Of a DNA stretch of 18,030 nucleotides, positions 6,034 to 15,286 are shown piece after piece (position 1 is the first letter of the stretch; each line of letters starts with the position of its first letter). Below the pieces are notes generated by a model. It was not told where the DNA came from and did not search any database. It saw nothing but the letters and a program-made list of their open reading frames with translations. The translations under genes and the position numbers were made by a program. The stretch comes from an uncultured Thermoplasmata archaeon (GTDB taxonomy: Archaea > Thermoplasmatota > Thermoplasmata > Halarchaeoplasmatales > Halarchaeoplasmataceae), in assembly GCA_964399335.1 (NCBI GenBank), contig CAYNQI010000021.1:1-18030 (forward strand). The letters run 5' to 3'.

Positions 6034-9000
6034 ATGGAAACCTCTCAAAGATTCAAAATTCCTTTACTAGGTAGAAAAAAAGAGATCTGCAATTTCTTAA
6101 AATATTTAAATAAAATCAAGGATACAAAAGGAGGCACGTTATCTCTAATCGGAGATGCTGGTATCGGAAAGAGTCGATTAGTTGAAAAGTTTAAACATAT
6201 TGCTGAAGAGGAGGGAATTGAAGTCTTAAAGGGAGCTGCGGATAAACAATCAAGTGATCCCTTCCACCTTTTCATTCAAGCTTTGAAAGATGAAGTTGTA
6301 GTCCCTTTTGTGCGTTTGGAGAAAACCACTTCTTTTGCTGAAATATTTGCGGTAAATGATGGGGGGATGCTACTAGCCACTGCTCTACCTGAAGATGAAG
6401 AAGAAATCGATGGCGATATCCTAGCTGGGATGCTATCAGCGGTTCAAAATTTTGTAAAAGATTCTTTCGGTGGATCCAGTTCCTCAGAGGAAGGTTTGGG
6501 TCGACTCGAATACGGTGATATGAAGATACTCATCGAACATGGAGAAGGGATCTATGTAGCTGCTGTGATTAAAGGAGAAGAACATCCCGATATGAAAAGG
6601 TCTTTGAAGCGGACTGTAAGGGATATCGAACGCGAAGATTCAGCCTTAGTCGAAGAATGGTCAGGAGGGATGGATGAGATGGAAAGTATACAGAGAAAGA
6701 TATCTCTCCTTTCCAAAACGAAATATCTTGTAAGAAGGGAACTAGATGATGTGAAACTAGAGAACGAACGTATCAAGATCGCAGATAGGATTTTAAAAAT
6801 ATTTTCAGATAAGGATGACCCGGTTGTTATAATATTAGAAGATCTTCACTGGAGTGATGAATCGTCACTCTTTGTTCTTGATTATTTGTCTAGGAGCATC
6901 CATGATAAAAAGATATTGATTTTGTGTACTCGTCGTCCCCAAGAAAGCACTCTGGCAGATAATGTAATAGAAATGCTTCAAAAGGACGGGTTTTTAACTG
7001 ATACGGTTTTGCAAAAGTTGAGGCCAGAAATTGTAGGAAGTTTGGTAGACGAACTTTTCAGCCCTAATAAATTCCCCGAATCACTCGTATATCGACTTTC
7101 AGATGAATGCAGAGGAAATCCATTTTTCATCATCGAGATGCTTAAACAGATGGAAAACGAAGGGGCTATAGGATATATTGATGGACATTACAAATTGCTA
7201 GTTGAAGATTTTACAATACCTTCAAGTTTAGAGGATGTGGTTTACAAGCGTTTAGAGCTACTCGATCCAGATTCTTTGTCTTTGATCGAATACATGTCCT
7301 GCGAGGGTGTAGAAATAGATATAGATATCCCAGAGAGTTTGAATAGACAACCTGAAATCGAAAGGCCTATCGGTTCTTTGATCAAGTCTGGAATCCTGCT
7401 TCCGTCTAAGGACTATCTGAGCTTCAGCCACGCTATATTCCGTGACGTCATATACGAAAGTTTGTCGAGATGGTGGAAGAACTCGTATCACCATCGGTTG
7501 GGGGAGTTCTATGAGAGAAAATATCTAGGCTGTATATCTGATGTATATTACGACCTTGCTCGACATTTTTCCAATACAATAGATCACACGAAAGCTCATG
7601 ACTACTCTTTTAAGGCAGGGGAGAAAGCTGAGAATGCACTGGCTCCGGAAAGGGCGATAGGATTTTATCGAAGGTCTCTAGAGGCCCTGGATAATCTTAG
7701 TGATATGGACGGTAAAGTGATACGGAGATGTGACATCTTAGAAAGAATGGGTGATATGAAAGCCCTTCTAGGTGATTTTGAAGATGCTGTGGTGGAATAC
7801 AATAAAGTGTTAGAGGATGTTAAGGATAAAACAACTAAAGCGGTATTACATCGTAAACTGGGAAACGTTTTCATGCATACTAGTGATTATGAACTAAGTT
7901 TAAGGGAATGCAATTCCGCTCTAGAAATACTCGATCAGACCGACCCAGAAGCTGCTAAGGTCAAACGTGTAAAAGGAAGGACTTATATGAGAACAGGTGA
8001 CTATGACGTTTCCCTGGACCTATTGAACCAGGCATTGGAAATCGCCAAGAATAACAGCGATGAAAAAGAGATGTCTGAGATAGCTCACAATCAGGGAACT
8101 GTACAGTGGTATAGGGGGGAATACGAAGGAGCATTAGAACGGCTCGAATTCTCCCTCAGTGTTAGAGAGAAACTTGATGATACTAGAGGTATCGCTCGGT
8201 CATTCACCAATATTGGATTGGTATACTACTCAAAGGGAGATAAAATAAAGGCTTTAGAAAACTATGAAAAGGCACTAGTATCTTTTAAAAAGATCGGAGA
8301 TAAATTAAATATAGCTACAGTCATAAATAACATGGGGATGGCTTACTTCTACCTTGGAGAACTTGATTACGCGGTAGGATGTTTTGAAGAGTGTCTTGAC
8401 ATGTTTAAGATGATTGGAGACAAAGGTAGTGTTGCTTCCTCTTTGAGCAATCTCGGTTTGGCTATGGATGATTTAGGAGATCCTGCCAAAGCCTTGGAAT
8501 ATCATCTAGATAGTTTACAAATAAAAAAAGAGATCGGTGATAAAAATGGTATGGCCACATCCTTATACAATATCGGGAAAGTCTATGTGGATGCTGGTCG
8601 ATTGGTCAAGGCAATCGAGCACTTGACCAGTGCATTAGACCTTTCAAACGAAATCGATGATTTGTTTCTATCTACTGAAATAAGATTAGATCTAACCCAT
8701 GCATACATCAAAATGGGAGAGATCGACACTTCACTACAGACAGCAATGGATGCGCTTGAGATTTCTTTGGACATAAGAAGCAGTTCTCTTGAGGGGGAGA
8801 GCAGGCGGATGCTAGGAAAAGTATACTTTAAAATGAATATGTTTGATAAAGCTACCAAAGAGTTCGATAAAGCGAAAATGATTTTTGAAAAAATCGGTGA
8901 AAAAGTTGAACTCAGTTACGTATTAGTGGATTATGGTATTCTTTTCGACAAAATGGGCAAAGATAAGAAGGCCAGCTACTACCTAAAAAAAGCTTTAGAG

Positions 9001-9075
9001 ATCCAAAAAGACCTTAATTTAGATAATGATGTGAGTGAAACACAAAACATTTTGGAAAAGATTGGAACAAGTTAG
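6034..9075 (+). CDS. STAND-class ATPase (AAA_16-like) with inserted longin-like domain and C-terminal TPR array
   Basis: Walker A GDAGIGKS (aa 40-47), Walker B IILEDLHWSD (aa 266-275), sensor ILCTRR, GNP motif (CRGNPFF), helical IPSSLEDVVYKRL, then roughly a dozen about 40-aa TPR-like repeats. Confidence 0.9.
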   Translation: METSQRFKIPLLGRKKEICNFLKYLNKIKDTKGGTLSLIGDAGIGKSRLVEKFKHIAEEEGIEVLKGAADKQSSDPFHLFIQALKDEVVVPFVRLEKTTSFAEIFAVNDGGMLLATALPEDEEEIDGDILAGMLSAVQNFVKDSFGGSSSSEEGLGRLEYGDMKILIEHGEGIYVAAVIKGEEHPDMKRSLKRTVRDIEREDSALVEEWSGGMDEMESIQRKISLLSKTKYLVRRELDDVKLENERIKIADRILKIFSDKDDPVVIILEDLHWSDESSLFVLDYLSRSIHDKKILILCTRRPQESTLADNVIEMLQKDGFLTDTVLQKLRPEIVGSLVDELFSPNKFPESLVYRLSDECRGNPFFIIEMLKQMENEGAIGYIDGHYKLLVEDFTIPSSLEDVVYKRLELLDPDSLSLIEYMSCEGVEIDIDIPESLNRQPEIERPIGSLIKSGILLPSKDYLSFSHAIFRDVIYESLSRWWKNSYHHRLGEFYERKYLGCISDVYYDLARHFSNTIDHTKAHDYSFKAGEKAENALAPERAIGFYRRSLEALDNLSDMDGKVIRRCDILERMGDMKALLGDFEDAVVEYNKVLEDVKDKTTKAVLHRKLGNVFMHTSDYELSLRECNSALEILDQTDPEAAKVKRVKGRTYMRTGDYDVSLDLLNQALEIAKNNSDEKEMSEIAHNQGTVQWYRGEYEGALERLEFSLSVREKLDDTRGIARSFTNIGLVYYSKGDKIKALENYEKALVSFKKIGDKLNIATVINNMGMAYFYLGELDYAVGCFEECLDMFKMIGDKGSVASSLSNLGLAMDDLGDPAKALEYHLDSLQIKKEIGDKNGMATSLYNIGKVYVDAGRLVKAIEHLTSALDLSNEIDDLFLSTEIRLDLTHAYIKMGEIDTSLQTAMDALEISLDIRSSSLEGESRRMLGKVYFKMNMFDKATKEFDKAKMIFEKIGEKVELSYVLVDYGILFDKMGKDKKASYYLKKALEIQKDLNLDNDVSETQNILEKIGTS
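8173..8652 (+). repeat. 120-nt periodic coding repeats (40-aa TPR units)
   Basis: In-register ATCGGAGATAAA (8293), ATTGGAGACAAA (8413) and ATCGGTGATAAA (8533) encode IGDK at exact 120-nt spacing. Confidence 0.8.
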
Positions 9076-11144
9076 AAGTTGACAGTCCAATCAACCGGAT
9101 AACTAGCATTATTGTAAATCCAGTAAGCATTTCCCGGTTCGAATTTGAAAGTGCTGGTATTTGAAACATATCCAATATTGTATTCCTCTTTTGAATCAAA
9201 ATAACCTATATTCGTTACTTCAACGGGTAGACCATTGTTTTCTATCAAAGTGCTGGGATATCCGACCATGTTCCATCCAGAGTAAAGTGTTATATTTGTG
9301 CAGTCTGGCTCTACGCCGATTATAGTGAGAGTATCCTCAGTATTCATCCTTATCCAGAGTCCCATTGTGTGATCCCATGTGTTTATATTGTTAAAATGAG
9401 CGGCTCGACCCGGTATATAACTCGCCCATCTATCGATAGAAGCATCATAATAAGTTACCTTGTCATAACTACCATCTATACCGTGAACCGGGTCGTTGAG
9501 AATAATCTCCAAGTCCATATCATAGGGGATTACCATCGGTGAGATAAAGCTCCAACCATCGGCTTCTGAATTCTGGGTGATGGTAATATTGTATGTAGTG
9601 TAGGATTTCGCTGAAACCTCTTGGCTTGGATCACTTTCTCCTAGAGTATTTTGGGCGGTTAGGAAATAGTAGTACGAATCACTTCCAATAGATGTATCGT
9701 TATATTCATGGATATCTGGAGATATTGTTTTATAATAGCTCTGACCTCCTGAAACGGTCCCTCTATATAAGAAATATTTACCTATTGGTTCACCTCCGTC
9801 ATTGGGTGGTGGGTCCCAACTGATGAAAATGTTGTTGATACCCGGTTCAGCATCGACATTGATGGGTGCTTCTGGGGGTCCTTTTGGAGTTGCTGAATCT
9901 GTATTACTAGCTGGTCCTGTGCCTCCTGCATTTTGAGCTCTAACAAAATAGTCGTAAGTTATTCCATTTAAAACGTCATCATCATTATATATTGTCGTTG
10001 GAGCGCTTACATGTACATAGTAACTTCCATCACGATAGATTCTGTAATATTCAATAGGTGCACCCCCATCATCCAAAGGCTCTTCCCATTTGAGTTCCAC
10101 ATTTGTATCATAACCACAGGCAACTAGGTTTCTTGGCTCCGACGGCGGATCTATAGACTCTGTTGGGATGACTGTTCCCCCTCTACGACTAGAAAAGGGC
10201 GTTATACTTCCTCCACCTGAATTTTGAAGGTCGTTATCGATGGATTTTTCTTCTTTATCACCAAGACCTCCACCATAACCCCAAACCGGGCCGTTAACTG
10301 GAGCGTCTAAGGTACGGAAGTTCGGCATCACCATGAACTCATATTCATAACCTGGTTTCAGGTCCTCTGCTATAAAGTACTGGGAGCCGGTGTTGATCTC
10401 ATTAGGGTTTATCTTATCATTGGCTGCCGGGATAGGTTCATCGGTGTACTCATTATTTGGATCTACTTTTGAATTGCCGATATACTTCCATTCTTCTTCC
10501 TTCGATGAACTTATGAAGATCGCATAACTTTGAAGCAGATCGTAAGTTCCTCTTCCTGTGGGTTCTAGATTGGTGTTACTACTGGTGTACTTGAAATGAG
10601 GAATCGATATATTGATCCATGTGGGACCGATAGGATCGTCGGAATATTTTTCATTTAAAACAGGTCGTGGGATGGGTTCGTACCTAACCACATGTTCATC
10701 CATGGTTGGAGGTGTTTCTTTACTTTCCGCAACAAAATTAGATGCCCAAGTATAGTTTATGTATTCATCATGTTTCTCATCGTAATGTTGATATTCAGCT
10801 AGGAACATTATGTTGTCCCCTTCCTCTGGAGACATTTTATACCACTGGTGCGGTTTTTCTCCTGGTGTAGCATCCCATCGAAATTCCTTTTCCTTTCCGA
10901 TATTGTATGTACCATCGTTGATAGCATCATTTGCACCTCTCTGACTCATCTTTGGTTGGTTGATATTAATAGCGGTAATATTTCCAGAATAAACTCCTTC
11001 CCTATGCCATACAGCGTTCCCGTCATAGCTGTCATAAGAATACCCTTGAAGATAAATTGCATAATCTTCCCCCTCTACAGTTCCACTAGGTATGGTCAGT
11101 AACAAAAGCAGTAGAACTATCATAATCGATGAAATTTTTTCCAT
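9072..11144 (-). CDS. Secreted fibronectin type III domain protein with uncharacterised N- and C-terminal domains
   Basis: Signal peptide MEKISSIMIVLLLLLLTIPSGTVEG. Two clear FN3 units (PPSEPRNL...WEEPLDDGGAPIEYYRIYR...YDYFVRAQN and PPEAPINV...WDPPPNDGGEPIGKYFLYR...YYYFLTAQN). C-terminal module with two GW(S/N)xxxP repeats. Confidence 0.88.
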   Translation of the reverse strand: MEKISSIMIVLLLLLLTIPSGTVEGEDYAIYLQGYSYDSYDGNAVWHREGVYSGNITAININQPKMSQRGANDAINDGTYNIGKEKEFRWDATPGEKPHQWYKMSPEEGDNIMFLAEYQHYDEKHDEYINYTWASNFVAESKETPPTMDEHVVRYEPIPRPVLNEKYSDDPIGPTWINISIPHFKYTSSNTNLEPTGRGTYDLLQSYAIFISSSKEEEWKYIGNSKVDPNNEYTDEPIPAANDKINPNEINTGSQYFIAEDLKPGYEYEFMVMPNFRTLDAPVNGPVWGYGGGLGDKEEKSIDNDLQNSGGGSITPFSSRRGGTVIPTESIDPPSEPRNLVACGYDTNVELKWEEPLDDGGAPIEYYRIYRDGSYYVHVSAPTTIYNDDDVLNGITYDYFVRAQNAGGTGPASNTDSATPKGPPEAPINVDAEPGINNIFISWDPPPNDGGEPIGKYFLYRGTVSGGQSYYKTISPDIHEYNDTSIGSDSYYYFLTAQNTLGESDPSQEVSAKSYTTYNITITQNSEADGWSFISPMVIPYDMDLEIILNDPVHGIDGSYDKVTYYDASIDRWASYIPGRAAHFNNINTWDHTMGLWIRMNTEDTLTIIGVEPDCTNITLYSGWNMVGYPSTLIENNGLPVEVTNIGYFDSKEEYNIGYVSNTSTFKFEPGNAYWIYNNASYPVDWTVNF

Positions 11145-11274
11145 TTCCTACTCGACATCATTAGTACATAAGAACTATTTAATATTTGAGATGTATATAA
11201 GGCATTATATTTTATATAACCAATACTTGTAGTGATTGAACAGTTTAATCGACCAATAATTATATACCAGTGAA

Positions 11275-12096
11275 CTATGATTGCGAAACTACCGTTGCCA
11301 GCATCGTACAGGCTCTGAATACCTTGTAGTTCGTTTCTATATCCCCGGTATCGATGATGAACTCTTTCGGGCCAGTCCTTTCTATGGATGGAAGTAGTTC
11401 ACAGTTATCCAGCTTACCGGCATCTTTGAATCTTACGTGGAATGTAGAACTTTCCGGTTCGATCACTTTACCTTTTTTCTTTTTGATAGCTTCCGTAACA
11501 GTATCTCTGATCTCCTTTCTAACAACTTTTGGATGCCTGCACTTTGCACTGTACCTACCCGTTGGTGTTTTTGTTACTACGTAGGGGATGTCCGGATATA
11601 GTTCTTTAGCCTCTCTGATTATTTCAGTATCTCCTGCCAGGAAAAAAATAGGTACGTCGTATTTGGAAGCTAGATAAGAGTTCATAGCGAATTCACTGAC
11701 CTTCTTACCACCTATCTTGAGATCGTCGACCACCGCACCGGAGTAAGTGTGAGATAGAGTTCCTCTAGAATGTGCGGAACTGTGATACCCGACATATCCT
11801 ACTGCTTCGATATCCTTTTCGTTCAACCCTTCCATCTGGGAAAGTAATTTCGGTCTTCCACTGAAAAGTTCAACTCTTTCGTCAAGATCTTCTAGAACGA
11901 TATTCCTCATCTTTCCGTGACCATCGGTTACGTAAACTTTCTCTTCACCTGCATCGAAAGCCCCTAGTGCCGCTTCGTTAGCCTCCTTTGTCATAAGATC
12001 TCTTGCTCTATCATATTCCTTAGAATCCATAGCACCCTGCTTAGCTGAGACCACTCCCGAGATCCCTTCTATATCGACTGAGAACAGATATGTCAT
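11275..12096 (-). CDS. dppA: M55 family metallopeptidase (DppA-like D-aminopeptidase)
   Basis: Zn ligand motifs SVDIEGISGV, DGHGKMRNI, GYHS and SHTY, plus LAGD. RBS GAGGT upstream. Confidence 0.92.
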   Translation of the reverse strand: MTYLFSVDIEGISGVVSAKQGAMDSKEYDRARDLMTKEANEAALGAFDAGEEKVYVTDGHGKMRNIVLEDLDERVELFSGRPKLLSQMEGLNEKDIEAVGYVGYHSSAHSRGTLSHTYSGAVVDDLKIGGKKVSEFAMNSYLASKYDVPIFFLAGDTEIIREAKELYPDIPYVVTKTPTGRYSAKCRHPKVVRKEIRDTVTEAIKKKKGKVIEPESSTFHVRFKDAGKLDNCELLPSIERTGPKEFIIDTGDIETNYKVFRACTMLATVVSQS

Positions 12097-12153
12097 TTTT
12101 TATACCTCTATGACAGGATAGTTCAGTCCGTAAATAAAATTTTTGAAGCGTGT

Positions 12154-12720
12154 TTAGTGTATCTCATCGATGGTTTTTTTGATGTGTAACATACGATCTC
12201 TATATCGTCTGGTCAAATTTCCACCCGGTTCTTCTACAGGTGATGATACCATACCTTCATTATTGTTATACAAATAGGTTTCTAGAACGTTAGCGGCTGC
12301 GGTGAGACCTATGAATAAGACAAATGCAGATGGCAGTAGAGTAGAGTCGAAAGTATATTCTTGTAGTGTGATAGGATAATAGAGCATAACAGGGGTGTCA
12401 CCTGTGAAAGTATCTAGCACTAGGTGACCTAGTGCCACTATAAGAAAAAATATAGATATCCTGGTAAGGATACTCGTATCTTTTTTCCTTTCGTAAAGAT
12501 GTGCGCCAATCAAGATCAAAATCGGTATATAAAGCATCCCGATACCAGTATGAAAGTACCTCAACTCCATGACACCATATCCTTTTAATAGGTAATCCAA
12601 GTCCAGTAGTCCGTTGACTGCCAATGAACCTAGTACTACTATCAAGTACTTTCTCTTGGAGTGGAACCCCATCCCTAGACCGATTAATATCGATATGGCT
12701 ACATGGATAATGGGATGCAT
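12154..12720 (-). CDS. Membrane-bound metal-dependent hydrolase (YdjM/DUF457-like)
   Basis: HPIIH, LLDLD, RYFHTG and GHLVLD motifs between TM helices. ATG 12720 preferred to the track start at 12735. Confidence 0.75.
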   Translation of the reverse strand: MHPIIHVAISILIGLGMGFHSKRKYLIVVLGSLAVNGLLDLDYLLKGYGVMELRYFHTGIGMLYIPILILIGAHLYERKKDTSILTRISIFFLIVALGHLVLDTFTGDTPVMLYYPITLQEYTFDSTLLPSAFVLFIGLTAAANVLETYLYNNNEGMVSSPVEEPGGNLTRRYRDRMLHIKKTIDEIH

Positions 12721-12795
12721 ATTTATATAAATCAATCCTTATGATTAAATACTTTTTGCACTCCTATCAGTTTAGTAAACTTTTTAACAGGTGTG

Positions 12796-12802
12796 TTTAT
12801 AT
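12796..12802 (+). promoter_or_regulatory. TATA box for the RDD gene
   Basis: TTTATAT 22 nt before ATG 12825, consistent with a leaderless transcript. Confidence 0.45.
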
Positions 12803-12824
12803 TCCCCCTCAATTCGGTGCAAGA

Positions 12825-13418
12825 ATGGTAGATATGGACGAGATGGAAGAAAAATTATTATCAGCAGAGGCGAAGAAAGAGAGACACGTCTCTATAATAG
12901 ACGCGGGGTTTTTTTCACGCTTACTTGGATTTTTTATCGATTATACCATCCTAATGTTATCAGCCCTTTTGATCTTGATATTATTTGCAGGTTTAGGTTG
13001 GGTATCCCCAGAATCGGTGTTCCAGATATTCTGGAATAGGACAAATGTCTATGAGAATATATCACTCATAGCTTTGGTCACATCTACCCGCAATATTCTG
13101 ATCCATATCAGTTATAGTCTGTATTTCATCTTCTATTTTGTAATATTGGAATCGAAATACCTTTTGGGTACCAGCCCTGGTAAACGATTGTTGAAGTTAT
13201 CCGTCGTAAATGCAGATGCAGATAAATTGACTTTGAAAGAATCCTTTATAAGGAACGTTACAAAGTATTTACTCCGTCCACCTATCATCGGAATAATCTT
13301 TGGTTTTTTGGAGATCTTTCTAGTGATGTTCTATTCCAAACGGACCGGTGATATGCTGGTTGGCACCTTTGTAGCAAAGGATGTTCATAAAGGTAAATAC
13401 TACGAGGATCAGGATTGA
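12825..13418 (+). CDS. RDD family membrane protein
   Basis: AGFFSRLLGFFID (R, D), GTSPGKRLLKLSVV, FIRN and RTGDMLVGT (D). ATG 12825 chosen because the upstream extension overlaps the promoter region. Confidence 0.88.
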   Translation: MVDMDEMEEKLLSAEAKKERHVSIIDAGFFSRLLGFFIDYTILMLSALLILILFAGLGWVSPESVFQIFWNRTNVYENISLIALVTSTRNILIHISYSLYFIFYFVILESKYLLGTSPGKRLLKLSVVNADADKLTLKESFIRNVTKYLLRPPIIGIIFGFLEIFLVMFYSKRTGDMLVGTFVAKDVHKGKYYEDQD

Positions 13419-13463
13419 ACTAGTAAAAAATTTAAAATAATTTATATCCTTTCACTTTTAAAA

Positions 13464-14561
13464 GTGATCGCTTTGGGATGGCCAGCCATTGAACGTGAAA
13501 AGCAAAATCAATTGTCAGATATGATCGTCTTTTTATTAGGTGGGATTTTATTGGCTTTGGGAAATCTTTCGTTTCAATTTGTTTTCGTTGCCTGGATGGG
13601 AGCGGTATTATACATTTGGAGGGCTAGATCTTTAAGAGTATTTTTTGGTTTGTTGATGATGATATTATTTTTACCAGTCATTGTCTTATTGATGTCCACG
13701 TTTCCTATGATTTTATTCTATTGTGGTGTTATCATTACCTATCTAGCATATTTGAATTTGGAATCTCAATTTGATAAAAAAGAGTGGTATTATCTAACTG
13801 TTTTATCTATATTTTACATCTTGATCAGTACATACAGTATTCTGATAACGGATGGCATGAGTTTAGGACTTGACATGGAGGATCCGTTATCTTTACTTTC
13901 CTTCCTTTCTTTTGTTATCATCTTAGTTTGGACTTTGATAAGGGTAAAGATCGGCAATATTACGCTTATCGCTTCTCCCGAATCGGACAAAAATTTATAC
14001 TCCGAACCCGGTCCTTTTTCTCCCTATGTGATAGGAGGATCTATGGTGTCTTTATCCTTTTTGGCGTTGGGTATCAGCGGTTTGTTCCAAATATTTTTTA
14101 ACACCTATGGTGGCTATTATTATGGATTTTTATGCTGTTTCTTGGCATTGCTGTTTATTTTATCAGGGATAGCTTTACTAAGTATCCCTTCTAAAAATAC
14201 CTCGATCCCTTTTGGTGTGTTGGGTTTCGTGTTGATCTCTGGAACAATATTTTTTTGGCTCTTTGACGCTCATACCCATTTACCCGAGCCGAACTGGATA
14301 ACTTTTTTATTTTTGATAATATCCGGGATCACATTGTCAATCGTTGGATATGACATCGACAATTTACCTTTAACTGAGTTAAAATCTCAGTTGTTGATCG
14401 TGGTGTCTTTCATACCTTTGATTGGAATGGGGATATACTGGCATATAGCTGATGGTATCGATGGATTCTCTCTTGAAAACCATGTTTATGCCTTTCTATT
14501 TTTGGGCACGATCATTTTTTTCAAAGTGATATACACATCGATGTATCTCGAGTCAAGTTGA
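13464..14561 (+). CDS. Polytopic membrane protein (about 11-12 TM), function unknown
   Basis: Long ORF of mostly hydrophobic helices with no family motif recognised. Start uncertain (GTG 13464, TTG 13473 or ATG 13521). Confidence 0.7.
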   Translation: MIALGWPAIEREKQNQLSDMIVFLLGGILLALGNLSFQFVFVAWMGAVLYIWRARSLRVFFGLLMMILFLPVIVLLMSTFPMILFYCGVIITYLAYLNLESQFDKKEWYYLTVLSIFYILISTYSILITDGMSLGLDMEDPLSLLSFLSFVIILVWTLIRVKIGNITLIASPESDKNLYSEPGPFSPYVIGGSMVSLSFLALGISGLFQIFFNTYGGYYYGFLCCFLALLFILSGIALLSIPSKNTSIPFGVLGFVLISGTIFFWLFDAHTHLPEPNWITFLFLIISGITLSIVGYDIDNLPLTELKSQLLIVVSFIPLIGMGIYWHIADGIDGFSLENHVYAFLFLGTIIFFKVIYTSMYLESS

Positions 14562-14565
14562 ACTT

Positions 14566-15177
14566 TCACGGTTCCCACATGGGGCTACCCAGTGGTAAGA
14601 TCTCTTTTTGAGCCATACTGTTCAAAAGAACGGCTGCTGCTGCGTAGAAAGAGAGTGCTGAAGTGATCAGTAAAAATACCCCTGCATATACCGCTGATAG
14701 ATCATACAGGTAATGAGCCATCAGAAGAGGGAGTGCGATATCAACGGCCACTACGATGGTGAAAAGTACCTTGTTAGTCATCATCGATGCGAATGTGACT
14801 ATTATCAAAAACACCATCACAGCTACTAGCCCTGCCACGTAGTGATTCGTATCTACTGTAACGTCGGTGAACGTGTTGATGTATCCTGTTAGAGCTATCG
14901 AATACATAGCCAGGGAAAAGAAAGTGAAAACAGTAGCACCGAATATATTGTTACGTTTGAATTCCATCAATCCTGCTACGAACTGTGCCGTAGCCCCGAA
15001 GAACAGTATCCATGGTATCATCAGGGCGCTGTTCTCTGCAGAAGCTAGTCCTAAGTCAGTAACCGCCAATAATAGAGCGGCCACGGCTAACCCGAAAAGA
15101 CCTAAAGCAGCGGGTTCAGTCGATAATTCCGGTAATTCTTTTATGAATATATCTCGAGATCGATTATCATCTGTCAT
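14566..15177 (-). CDS. satP: Acetate/carboxylate transporter, GPR1/FUN34/YaaH (SatP) family
   Basis: EPAALGLFGLA (variant of NPAPLGL), FFGATAQFVAGLMEFKRNNIFGATVF, 6 TM helices and a C-terminal ILPLG. Confidence 0.85.
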   Translation of the reverse strand: MTDDNRSRDIFIKELPELSTEPAALGLFGLAVAALLLAVTDLGLASAENSALMIPWILFFGATAQFVAGLMEFKRNNIFGATVFTFFSLAMYSIALTGYINTFTDVTVDTNHYVAGLVAVMVFLIIVTFASMMTNKVLFTIVVAVDIALPLLMAHYLYDLSAVYAGVFLLITSALSFYAAAAVLLNSMAQKEILPLGSPMWEP

Positions 15178-15235
15178 GGGTTTGGATTATTAAGGGGTTA
15201 TATTTAGTAATAATGCTCTACTTTTACATATTCAA

Positions 15236-15283
15236 CTATATTATATAGATGTAGTACCCTATCTAATAAGTTAAAAAGGTGAG
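15236..15283 (+). promoter_or_regulatory. Palindromic TATA element and RBS for the methyltransferase gene
   Basis: CTATATTATATAG palindrome (15236-15248) and AGGTGAG SD (15277-15283) before ATG 15287. Confidence 0.55.
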
Positions 15284-15286
15284 ATC

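Noticed and set aside
8173-8652. Periodic DNA repeats as a CRISPR array or mobile repeat
   Set aside because: They are degenerate, in-frame, 120-nt units fully explained by TPR coding.
6034-9075. Calling the STAND-TPR gene an Avs antiviral system
   Set aside because: It has no nuclease, TIR, SIR2 or protease effector, and the neighbours are housekeeping genes with no defence or mobile context.
11195-11210. ATATAA-GGCA-TTATAT inverted repeat upstream of the FN3 gene
   Set aside because: 6-bp AT-only arms in a very AT-rich spacer are expected by chance.
15097-15120. SatP signature reads EPAALGLF instead of NPAPLGL
   Set aside because: Such variants are common in the family and give no basis for claiming altered substrate.
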